Assembly: GCA_034670305.1 (NCBI GenBank)
Contig: JAXMNT010000056.1
Coordinates: forward strand, 1-51,690
DNA from: Deltaproteobacteria bacterium
GTDB lineage: Bacteria; Myxococcota_A; Polyangia; Polyangiales; Houyiibacteriaceae
Reading direction: 5' to 3'
Length of the DNA stretch: 51,690 nucleotides
Of the stretch, positions 29,402-38,050 are shown one piece after another. A program made the position numbers and the translations under genes. Below the pieces are notes generated by a model, which saw only the letters and a list, made by a program, of their open reading frames with translations, was not told the DNA's origin and did not search any database. Within the stretch, counting starts at the first letter, position 1. Each line of letters begins with the position of its first letter.

Positions 29402-30609
29402 TCCGCCTTGATCTTGCCAGCGATCTCGAAGATCGGGAGGTACATCGCGATGAGGATCGTACCGACGATGCCGCCGATGAACACCATCATGATGGGCTCG
29501 AGGAGAGAGGTCAGCGCGGCGACCGCGACATCGACTTCTTCCTCGTAGAAGTCCGCGATCTTGTTGAGCATCGTGTCGAGTGCACCGGTCTGCTCACCGA
29601 CGCCGATCATCTGCACGACCATCGACGGGAACACCTCGGTCTCCATGAGCGGCTCCGCCATGGTGCGGCCTTCGCGGATCTTCTCGGCGGTGCTGGCGAT
29701 CGCTTCTTCGACGATGACGTTGCCGGCGGCTCGGCCGACGATGCCCATCGCATCCAGAATCGGGACACCCGAGCTGAGGAGCGTGCCGAGCGTCCGCGTG
29801 AAGCGAGCGACCGCGATCTTCCGCATCACGGGACCGATGATGGGCATCTTCAGAAGGGCTTTGTGCCAGAACTTCTTGCCCTTCTTGGTGCGGTAGCTCC
29901 AGCCGAGCAGCGTGAAGAGGCCGATCCCGAGAAGGGTCATCCACCACGCGTTCGCGAGGAAACCCTCCGAGATGTTGATGATCATCTTGGTCAGGCCCGG
30001 CAGCTGATCTTCGGCGCCGAACTCGGTGAACATCTCCTGGAACGCAGGAATGACCCACGTGAGCATCACGACGATGACGGCCCCGGCCACGATGAGAACG
30101 GCGGTCGGGTAGACCATCGCGCCCTTCACCTGCCGCTTCAGTTTGACGCGCTTCTCGATGTAGACCGCGAGGCGCTGAAGGATCGTGTCGAGGATGCCGC
30201 CGAGTTCGCCGGCGTGGACCAGGTTCACGAAGAGGTTGTCGAACACCTTCGGGTGTTTGCTCAGCGCGTCCGAGAACGTGCCGCCCTGCTCGACGTACGC
30301 CTTGATCTGCTTGAGGATCTTGTTGAACTGCTTGTTCTCACCCTGGTCGGCGAGAATGTCCAAGCACTGCACCAGCGGAAGGCCAGCGTCGATCATCGTG
30401 GCGAACTGGCGCACGAAGATGACCAGCTCTTTCTCCGAGACGGGGGCACCGATGGAGAGGTTGATCTCCTTCGGCTTTTTCTTCACCTTCGTCGGGTTGA
30501 GCTGCTGCGCTTTCAGGCGAGACTGGACCAGGTCGGCGTTGTCCGCCTCCATGATGCCTTTGCGCACTTCGCCGTTGCGCCCTTTTGCTTCCCAGACCCA
30601 CTCGGCCAT
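29398..30609 (-). CDS. pilC: Type IV pilus inner-membrane platform protein
   Basis: 'RQFATMIDAGLPL', 'GELGGILD', 'GEQTGALD.ML.KIADFYEEEVD', 'AMYLPIF'. Confidence 0.95.
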   Translation of the reverse strand: MAEWVWEAKGRNGEVRKGIMEADNADLVQSRLKAQQLNPTKVKKKPKEINLSIGAPVSEKELVIFVRQFATMIDAGLPLVQCLDILADQGENKQFNKILKQIKAYVEQGGTFSDALSKHPKVFDNLFVNLVHAGELGGILDTILQRLAVYIEKRVKLKRQVKGAMVYPTAVLIVAGAVIVVMLTWVIPAFQEMFTEFGAEDQLPGLTKMIINISEGFLANAWWMTLLGIGLFTLLGWSYRTKKGKKFWHKALLKMPIIGPVMRKIAVARFTRTLGTLLSSGVPILDAMGIVGRAAGNVIVEEAIASTAEKIREGRTMAEPLMETEVFPSMVVQMIGVGEQTGALDTMLNKIADFYEEEVDVAVAALTSLLEPIMMVFIGGIVGTILIAMYLPIFEIAGKIKAE

Positions 30610-30754
30610 GTGTCCTCCACGCCGAGGGTCAAGCGACCAACCGCGAGCCTCGATGGTACAGGGCTGGGGCGCGCGCGGTCAAAAACTGGAGCGGTGGAGC
30701 GGCGGCCCTCCGGCCTGCCAAGCCGCTCCGGCCTCCTCCCAACTTCCGGACACC

Positions 30755-32320
30755 CTACTGGAGGTAGGGGTTGTTCACGATCTGCGGCCGCATGGTGACG
30801 CGCATCGTGGGCTCCATCCGCGGAGGATCCATCCGAGTGTCTTGGACGGTCTCCATGGCGACCTCCATCTCGGTCGCGTTCTCCATCGCCGAAGCCATCG
30901 GGGTGCGATCCCGCCGCATGCGCGGACGGGTGACTGCGGCCCGCACCGGTTCGGTCTCGGTTTCGGTCTCGACCTCGGTGACTTCGGCCGAATCCTCGAC
31001 CGGGGCGACCGGCTGGACCGGTTCGGCGGGCTCGACTGCGGGGGCGGGGGTGGTTCGAGCCGGCTGGGTGGGTTCCGCACCGGCGGTGACCGGAGGCGGA
31101 GGGGCGTCGTCCGAAAGCAACACCGCGGTGACCGCGCCGAGCACCCCGAGCAGCAGCACGATGGCGGCCCCCAACAACCAGACCAAGCGGCTGCGCGCCT
31201 GGTTGGGTTCGGTCAGCGGGGTCTGGCCGGAGAGCAACTCCTGCGAGAGCGCGGGATGGCGAATGGAGGCGGAGCCGTCGCGCGGGAGCGGAATCGCCGG
31301 CTCGCTGAGGTCCGCGCGCCCCAGGGTCTCGATCGACTGCTGGATCCGCGCCTTCTGCGCGGCGATCTTCTCGCCCAGCCGTTTGGAGACCTCCTCGGCC
31401 ACGATGCGCGGGGTGGCGATCGGACCGATCGAGCGGCCCACCGCCTCCAGCGCTGCCCCGAACGCCTCGGCGCTCGCGAACCGGTCGTCCGCATCGCGGG
31501 CCAGGGCCTTCTTCAGCACCCCGTCGAACGGTTCGAGATCGGCCCACAGCTCCGACGGTGATGGGACGGGTTCGCTGAGGATCTTGTTCAGGGTCGCGGC
31601 GTTGTTCTCGGCGCGAAAGAGGCGTCGACCGGTCAAACTCTCCCAGAGCAGGATCCCCATCGAGAAGAGATCCGAGCGCTGGTCGGCGTAGCCGGTCGAG
31701 GCTTGCTCCGGCGACATGTAGGAGAGCTTGCCTTTGAACTGTCCTGCCCGGGTGGAGGACAGCCGTTTCTCGGCCTTGGCGACGCCGAAGTCGGTCAGTC
31801 GCGAGATTCCGTCGGCCCCGACCATCACGTTGTGGGGGGAGACATCGCGGTGGACGAGGTTCTGGCGCTCGCCGTTCTCATCGGCGAGCTCGTGGGCGGC
31901 ACCGAGGCCGGCCAAGGCGTCGAGCACGATGCGAATCACCACCGGCACCGGCAACCGCTCCTGCTGTCGCGCAGCCTCGGTGAGAAGGCCACCGAGGTGG
32001 TCGCCTTCGATGTACTCCATCACGAGGAAGAACCCGTCTCCGTCGGTGTCGGAGATGTCGAGCGTCGGCACCACGTTGGGATGCCGGATCCGAGCCGCCA
32101 ATCGCGCCTCGTCGAGGAACATCGAGATGAACTCTTCTTCGTAGGCGAGGTGCGGATGCAACACCTTCACCGCGACGAGGCGTTCGAACCCCGCGACCCC
32201 ACGTGCCCGCGCCACGTACACGCCGGCCATGCCACCCGATGCCAACTGCGACAGGACCTCGTACCGACCGAGGCGCCGTCCCGCGAGCGAACGCGGCTGC
32301 AGGTCGGGGGCCGTGCTCAT
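30755..32320 (-). CDS. Membrane Ser/Thr protein kinase with a Met-rich periplasmic tail ending NNPYLQ
   Basis: SGGMA loop, VAVK, HRDVSPHN, DFG, 'GKLSYMSPEQ'; one TM; the ATG overlaps the upstream stop. Confidence 0.93.
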   Translation of the reverse strand: MSTAPDLQPRSLAGRRLGRYEVLSQLASGGMAGVYVARARGVAGFERLVAVKVLHPHLAYEEEFISMFLDEARLAARIRHPNVVPTLDISDTDGDGFFLVMEYIEGDHLGGLLTEAARQQERLPVPVVIRIVLDALAGLGAAHELADENGERQNLVHRDVSPHNVMVGADGISRLTDFGVAKAEKRLSSTRAGQFKGKLSYMSPEQASTGYADQRSDLFSMGILLWESLTGRRLFRAENNAATLNKILSEPVPSPSELWADLEPFDGVLKKALARDADDRFASAEAFGAALEAVGRSIGPIATPRIVAEEVSKRLGEKIAAQKARIQQSIETLGRADLSEPAIPLPRDGSASIRHPALSQELLSGQTPLTEPNQARSRLVWLLGAAIVLLLGVLGAVTAVLLSDDAPPPPVTAGAEPTQPARTTPAPAVEPAEPVQPVAPVEDSAEVTEVETETETEPVRAAVTRPRMRRDRTPMASAMENATEMEVAMETVQDTRMDPPRMEPTMRVTMRPQIVNNPYLQ

Positions 32321-33384
32321 CAGAAGCGTCCCTCGAGTCCGAGGTGGCCGCCGCGGCTTGCGCCGAACGCGACGCCGCCCACCGGCCGGAGGCGCGCTTC
32401 GCTCTCCTCGTTGTCGCCGCCGAAGTCCGCGATGATGGCGAACACCACCGTCAGCGCCGCGAGACCCGCGGTGACGCCGATGAGCACGTTGGTGCGCAGT
32501 TCCTTCTTCTGGCCATCGTCGAGCATCGCCCGCGCAGTGGTGATGTCCCCGGCCGCGACGGTCTGTTCGTATTCGTCGGCGGCGTTGAGGGTGTCGACTC
32601 CGGACCACGCCAGCGTGGCGCCGGCACCGACGGTCAACGCGAGACCCACGTAGAACAAGGCCGGGCTGACGCCTCCGGATTCAGGGTCGCTCGATGCCAC
32701 ACCGGTGGAACCCGAACCCGAACCCGAACCTTGGCCGAGGCCCGTGCCTTCGGGCGGCGTCGTGTCCGGGACGAGGACCGGGCCTTCGGGCCGAACGAGG
32801 TGCAAGGTGCGCTGCTCGCCTGCGTCGCCGGCCACCGACTCGGTCACCGTGCCGCTGTCGAATCCAGCGCCGATCTCGTAGTCGCGGTCGGGCTCGAGGA
32901 AGAACGCCGGATGGCTCTGCAGCGTGCCGTCCAGCTCCACCGCACACTCGGCGTCGCAGGTGACCTCGACGAGGACGTAGTCCGCCCGCACGGAATCGAT
33001 GATCGCTTGGGCTTCGGTGATCGATGCGTCCGCGTCCGGAAAGCGGGCGATCAGACGCAGCGCCAGGGTGCCTGCGCGCTGACGGTTGCCCGCCTCGGCG
33101 TGCGATCGGATCGCTTGCAGGAGCGCCGGAGCCGCTGGGGCGAGGTTGTTGGCCATCTCGAACCAGCGGGCCGCCGTGGCGTAGTCCTCGTCCAGAAACG
33201 CGGCGGTTCCACGGTCGAATGCGGCCGCAGCGCCCTGCCGTCGCTGGGCATCCTGGGCGTGGGCCACGGGGGCTTGCACCAGAGGGGTTGAGAAGAGACC
33301 GAGCGCAAGCAAGCCGACGGCGAGGCGCGTCCCCGCCTTGGCGAGTCGCGTCACGAATCGTCTCTTCACCGCTGGCCGTCCCAT
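32320..33384 (-). CDS. Secreted TPR/PEGA-like protein with C-terminal hydrophobic helices and a terminal 'GRF'
   Basis: Signal peptide ('AHAQD'), TPR-like helices, beta-rich middle, ends 'HLGLEGRF'; translationally coupled to the kinase. Confidence 0.75.
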   Translation of the reverse strand: MGRPAVKRRFVTRLAKAGTRLAVGLLALGLFSTPLVQAPVAHAQDAQRRQGAAAAFDRGTAAFLDEDYATAARWFEMANNLAPAAPALLQAIRSHAEAGNRQRAGTLALRLIARFPDADASITEAQAIIDSVRADYVLVEVTCDAECAVELDGTLQSHPAFFLEPDRDYEIGAGFDSGTVTESVAGDAGEQRTLHLVRPEGPVLVPDTTPPEGTGLGQGSGSGSGSTGVASSDPESGGVSPALFYVGLALTVGAGATLAWSGVDTLNAADEYEQTVAAGDITTARAMLDDGQKKELRTNVLIGVTAGLAALTVVFAIIADFGGDNEESEARLRPVGGVAFGASRGGHLGLEGRF

Positions 33385-33565
33385 TCCACCGACTTTCGTG
33401 TGCGGGGGGCACTGCGCACGCGACCCCGCCTTCGTGCGAGAAATCCGCACGGGGACAGGATGGCGGCCCACCGGTCGAACCGTCAAGCCCGGTGCACAAA
33501 CCGTTTGGCCGCACTCTTGGGCCAGCGGGTACTCGGGGAAGGGCGGTTCCTGGTATCCTGAGGTC

Positions 33566-34684
33566 ATGCAGCATCCGGATGAGCGACCCCGCATCAGTCT
33601 CCGTCAGCTCCTTCAGGTCATGATCCAGCGGGGTGCCTCGGACCTGCACATCACGACCGGGACCCCGCCGCAGCTCCGCATCGACGGCAGTCTGGTGCAG
33701 CTTCGGACGCCTCCGCTCGGGCCGGTCGAGACCAAATACCTCTGTTACGAGGTCATGAGCGAAGAGCAGAAGATCAAGTTCGAGAAGAGCAATGAGCTCG
33801 ACTTCTCCTTCGGCGTGAAGGGGCTCTCCCGGTTCCGCGCCAACGCCTTCATGCAGCGGGGCGCCATCGCTGGGGCCTTTCGAGCGATCCCGTTCAAGAT
33901 CCGGCCGCTGACCGATCTGGGACTGCCGCCCATCGTCGGCGATCTGTGTGAGCTGCCCCGCGGACTCGTGCTCGTCACCGGACCGACCGGTTCGGGCAAG
34001 TCGACGACGCTCGCGGCGATGATCGACAAGATCAACTCGGAGCGCCGCGAGCACATCATCACGATCGAAGACCCGATCGAATACCTGCACATGAACAAGT
34101 TGTGCGTCGTGAACCAGCGTGAGATCGGCGCCGACACCGATTCGTTCAAGGGCGCGCTCAAGTACGCGCTGCGCCAGGATCCGGACGTGGTGCTCGTCGG
34201 CGAGATGCGCGACCTCGAGACGATCGAGGCGGCCATGACGATCTCCGAGACAGGCCACCTCGTGTTCGCCACCCTGCACACGAACTCCGCGGTGCAGTCG
34301 ATCAACCGCGTCATCGACGTCTTTCCGCCGCACCAACAGCCCCAGATCCGGGCCCAGTTGAGCTTCGTGCTTCAGGCGGTGGTCAGCCAGATGCTGCTCG
34401 CCCGCAACGACGGCCCCGGCCGAGTGCTCGCTTCGGAGGTGATGGTGCCGAACTACGCGATCCGGAACCTCATGCGCGAGAACAAGGTGCACCAGATCTA
34501 CGGCCTCATGCAGACCGGTCAGGGCAGCAGCGGCATGCAGACGATGAACCAGGGGCTGTACAAGCTCTACCGCCAGGGCGTGCTTCACATCGAAGAAGCC
34601 CTCGGCCGTTCACCGGAGCCGCTCGAGCTTCAGTCGATGATCGAGAAGCAGGTCACGGTGACCTCCGGCAGCCGCGAGCGCTGA
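33566..34684 (+). CDS. pilT: Type IV pilus retraction ATPase
   Basis: 'ASDLH', GPTGSGKST, 'TIEDPIE', 'LRQDPD', 'ETGHLVFATLHT' and an AIRNLMRE motif. Confidence 0.96.
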   Translation: MQHPDERPRISLRQLLQVMIQRGASDLHITTGTPPQLRIDGSLVQLRTPPLGPVETKYLCYEVMSEEQKIKFEKSNELDFSFGVKGLSRFRANAFMQRGAIAGAFRAIPFKIRPLTDLGLPPIVGDLCELPRGLVLVTGPTGSGKSTTLAAMIDKINSERREHIITIEDPIEYLHMNKLCVVNQREIGADTDSFKGALKYALRQDPDVVLVGEMRDLETIEAAMTISETGHLVFATLHTNSAVQSINRVIDVFPPHQQPQIRAQLSFVLQAVVSQMLLARNDGPGRVLASEVMVPNYAIRNLMRENKVHQIYGLMQTGQGSSGMQTMNQGLYKLYRQGVLHIEEALGRSPEPLELQSMIEKQVTVTSGSRER

Positions 34685-34687
34685 CGA

Positions 34688-36232
34688 CTACGTCTCGACC
34701 TTCGTCCAGAGCCCTCTCCGCATCCACTCTTTGCGCCGGTCGCTCTTCGTCACGAGTCGGGCGACGGACCATGCGGTGAGGAATGCGCCTTCGTCGCCCA
34801 GCGCCGGCACGACCTGTCCGTTGCACAGCAGCAGTTTGCGGATGGGCGTGCGGGTGGGCATCGCACAGATCCCGAGCGCGCCACGGACCGGGTACCCGTG
34901 GGAAGCCTGCATGGTGCGGGGTCCACGCGACCACGGCTGCTCGGGTGGAATCAAGCGTCCGCGCGCAACGTCCTGCACGTCGCGGCCATCGTGCGGTGAG
35001 TCGATGTAGAGGACGTGGTCGCCGAGAAACGGGATGAGGTCGCCGAGCGCGGCGAGCAGACGTTCGCGCATCGCGCCGATGTATCCAACGATCTCTTCCA
35101 CGCCGCGTCGCGGGAGCAGCGCTTCGACGGTGATGAGGCGCGTCGGACCGTCTTCCGATTCCTCGACGGGGTGGGTCTCTACCCGGAGCAGGTTGGCTTC
35201 GGTCGGCGCCCTCAACGGATCGCGGAGCGAGAAGACATCGCGCGCCATGCCCGCTGGCACCGCGTGTGCGCGAACCACCAGGTTCAGGGTGTAGCGGAAC
35301 CAACGCGGGGTGGGCTCCCCGGTGCGTTCGAAGAGTTGCCCGAGCGAGGCGCGGTCCGGCAGAAGCGGAAGCAGGCCGGCCACCTCGATGCCCGCGACCA
35401 CGAACCCAGCACCGACCGTTTCGTTGGTGCCGGCGAGCCGCACTCCGGTCGCGACGCCGCGGCGAATCAAGATGGCTTCCGCGGACTCGCGGGTCCGAAA
35501 CTCTCCGCTGTAGGTCTCGAGCTTTTCGATCAGCGCGGAGTGAAACCAGCCTTCGCCGCCTTCGAGTTTCACTGCACCGCGCAGCCACGAACCGTAGAGC
35601 CGGGCGATCGCGATGGGCGGGATCTGCTGCGGGTCCATGCGGGTCGCGAAGCGGGTCGCCGCATCGACCAAGAGTCGGAAGGGGTGTCGCTCGGGAAACT
35701 CCGCGAAGAGGTCCTTGCCGTCGCCGTTGCGCCCGAACGCTTGGCTGGTGGTGGCGCGGGCCAACTCGCGTCGTTCGAAGAAGGTCTCCGGCGGCCACAT
35801 CAGATCCCGTTCGACGATGCGGTCGAGGTCCTCGGCGTGCTCGCCGCAGGCGCGGTGGAAGTCTTGCACCGCGCGTTTGACCGGGCGCAGCTCCCGGTCG
35901 ATCTCTCGGTCCAAGGTCGGGCCGTCGAGCGCGAGGTCGAAGCGCACGCCCGGCGCGACGAACTGGAACGCAGGGTCGATGGCGTTGGCCCGCCGCCGAA
36001 ACGCTTGGTGCAGCGCGAGCTCGCTGAGCACCGTGCGCGCGATGGGACTCGGCGCGGCCAAGAACGTATGGGCGCGTCTCGGCCACACCCGCCCGGCCGC
36101 TTCGTACCGGGGCGGCCGCTCGCCTTGGCCGAGCACCAGCACCCGGAACCCGCGTTTCGCCAGGAGCGCGGCGCTCAGCAGCGACTCGAAGCCGGCGCCG
36201 AGGAAGACCGCGTCGTAGTGACTCCGCGTCAC
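34688..36232 (-). CDS. FAD-dependent oxidoreductase-like (phytoene desaturase-like) protein
   Basis: N-terminal Rossmann 'YDAVFLGAG..SL..AALLAKRG.RVLVL'; C-terminal 'TPIRKLLL....V.P.LG.EG'; coupled to purN by GTGA. Confidence 0.7.
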   Translation of the reverse strand: MTRSHYDAVFLGAGFESLLSAALLAKRGFRVLVLGQGERPPRYEAAGRVWPRRAHTFLAAPSPIARTVLSELALHQAFRRRANAIDPAFQFVAPGVRFDLALDGPTLDREIDRELRPVKRAVQDFHRACGEHAEDLDRIVERDLMWPPETFFERRELARATTSQAFGRNGDGKDLFAEFPERHPFRLLVDAATRFATRMDPQQIPPIAIARLYGSWLRGAVKLEGGEGWFHSALIEKLETYSGEFRTRESAEAILIRRGVATGVRLAGTNETVGAGFVVAGIEVAGLLPLLPDRASLGQLFERTGEPTPRWFRYTLNLVVRAHAVPAGMARDVFSLRDPLRAPTEANLLRVETHPVEESEDGPTRLITVEALLPRRGVEEIVGYIGAMRERLLAALGDLIPFLGDHVLYIDSPHDGRDVQDVARGRLIPPEQPWSRGPRTMQASHGYPVRGALGICAMPTRTPIRKLLLCNGQVVPALGDEGAFLTAWSVARLVTKSDRRKEWMRRGLWTKVET

Positions 36233-36897
36233 GAGCCGTCCGGCATGGGTGAGTACAACACGGCGGTTTCCGCGGAGGGCACCGCGCTTCCCACCGCGGC
36301 GTCGGTCCGCCAGCCAACCGGGGAGAGGGTCAACGCGCCGGTCGCGAGGGCGGACAGCACCGACGGGAACAGCCGGTGCTCCGCGACTTGGATGCGCGCC
36401 TGCAAGGCGTCGACCGTGTCGTCGGGGAGCACCGGGACCGCGGCTTGCGCAACGATGTCGCCGGTGTCCACGCCGGCGTCGACGAGGTGCACGGTGCAAC
36501 CCGTGATGCGAACCCCGGCGGCGAGCGCGTCGGCCGCGCCATGGGCGCCAGGAAACGCAGGCAGGAGCGCGGGGTGCACATTGAGGATGCGGCGATCGAA
36601 GCGCTCCAGGAACGGTGCACCGAGCACCTTCATGAAGCCCATCAATGCCACCACATCGGGCGACCACCGCGCCACCACGTCGGCGAGTTGCTGGTTCCAC
36701 GCCGTGCGGTCGTCGCGCTTGCGCAACGGCACCACCGCGGTGGCGATGTTGCGTGCCATCGCGAGTTCGAGACCGGGTGCGGACCGGTCGGCCACGACCC
36801 CGACCACAGCGACCTCGCATCGCCCGGCGTCGATGGCCTCGAAGAGCGCACGAAGGTTGCTGCCGCGCCCACTCAGCAGCACGACCACCCGCATCAT
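36229..36897 (-). CDS. purN: Phosphoribosylglycinamide formyltransferase
   Basis: 'SGRGSNL', 'NVHPALLPAFPG', 'GCTVHLVDAGVDTG', 'EHRL'. Confidence 0.96.
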   Translation of the reverse strand: MMRVVVLLSGRGSNLRALFEAIDAGRCEVAVVGVVADRSAPGLELAMARNIATAVVPLRKRDDRTAWNQQLADVVARWSPDVVALMGFMKVLGAPFLERFDRRILNVHPALLPAFPGAHGAADALAAGVRITGCTVHLVDAGVDTGDIVAQAAVPVLPDDTVDALQARIQVAEHRLFPSVLSALATGALTLSPVGWRTDAAVGSAVPSAETAVLYSPMPDGS

Positions 36898-36954
36898 TCG
36901 TCGGCCCGCATCATTCGTCGGCCCGCATCATTCGTCGACGCATCATTCGTCGGC
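36890..36954 (-). repeat. Four tandem copies of the purM-stop/purN-start junction (GACGAATGATGCG)
   Basis: CGCATCATTCGTCG at 36890, 36907, 36924 and 36939. Confidence 0.9.
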
Positions 36955-37983
36955 AAGGTAGCGGACGCGCGGTGTGGTCTCGACCGTGGGCACGACCCGA
37001 CCGATCGCGACGACGGTCTCTCCCGCGGACGCCATCGCTTCCTGAACGGACGCGGCGGCGGATGGCGGCACCACGACGATCAGCCCGATCCCCAGGTTGA
37101 ACGTGCGGCGCATCTCGGACTCCGGCACGTCGGCCACCTTGCGGATCCGGTCGAAGATCGACGGTTCGTGCCAGGTGCCGTCGAGCACGGCGCTGCATCC
37201 CTCCGGGAGCACGCGCGGGAGGTTGCCCACGATGCCGCCGCCGGTGACGTGGCAGAGCGCGTGCACACCTTGAGGGGCCGCGGCCAGGGCGGCCGCCACC
37301 GTGCGCGCGTAGATCTTGGTCGGCTCGAGCAGCGTGCTTCCGAGCGTCCCGTCGTCGTGCGGCGTATCCAAGGCCAGCCCGCCCACTTCGAGCAACGCTT
37401 TGCGCGCCAGGGAGAATCCGTTGGAGTGCAGACCGCTCGACGCCACGCCGAGGATCACATCCCCATCGGCGACGGCTGCGCCGGTGAGAATCTTCGATCG
37501 GGATACGACGCCCACCGCGAAACCGGCGAGGTCGTACCGGCCTCCGTCGTAGAAGCCGGGCAGCTCCGCGGTCTCGCCACCGAGCAATGCGCACTCGGCC
37601 TGCTTGCAGCCTTCGGCGATGCCCGAAACGACGGCCGTCGCTCGGTCGACGTCGAGTTTCCCAGTCGCGAAGTAGTCCAGGAAGAACAGGGGGCGCGCCC
37701 CGGTGGTGATGATGTCGTTCACGCACATTGCGACGAGATCGATGCCGACCGTGTCGTGTCGGTCGAGCTGCACCGCGATGTCGAGCTTCGTGCCCACCCC
37801 ATCGGTGCCAGAGACCAGCACCGGGTCCTCGATGTCGTCCGGCAGGCCGCAGAGACCGGCAAACCCTCCGATCCCGCTCAGCACGTGGGGGGTTCGCGTC
37901 GCGCGAGCGAGCGGCCCGATCCGATCGACCAAACGTTCGCCGGCATCGATGTCCACTCCGGCGTCCCGGTAGGTCAGGCCCAT
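36943..37983 (-). CDS. purM: Phosphoribosylformylglycinamidine cyclo-ligase
   Basis: 'YRDAGVDID', 'TDGVGTK', 'GGETAE', 'SSGLHSNG', 'HVTGGG', 'FNLGIG'. Confidence 0.97.
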   Translation of the reverse strand: MGLTYRDAGVDIDAGERLVDRIGPLARATRTPHVLSGIGGFAGLCGLPDDIEDPVLVSGTDGVGTKLDIAVQLDRHDTVGIDLVAMCVNDIITTGARPLFFLDYFATGKLDVDRATAVVSGIAEGCKQAECALLGGETAELPGFYDGGRYDLAGFAVGVVSRSKILTGAAVADGDVILGVASSGLHSNGFSLARKALLEVGGLALDTPHDDGTLGSTLLEPTKIYARTVAAALAAAPQGVHALCHVTGGGIVGNLPRVLPEGCSAVLDGTWHEPSIFDRIRKVADVPESEMRRTFNLGIGLIVVVPPSAAASVQEAMASAGETVVAIGRVVPTVETTPRVRYLADE

Positions 37984-38050
37984 GACGCCCTCATAGCAGC
38001 CTGGCCGAAACTGGCTTGTGATGATTCTCCGCCGTCCGGGCGGCGGCAGG

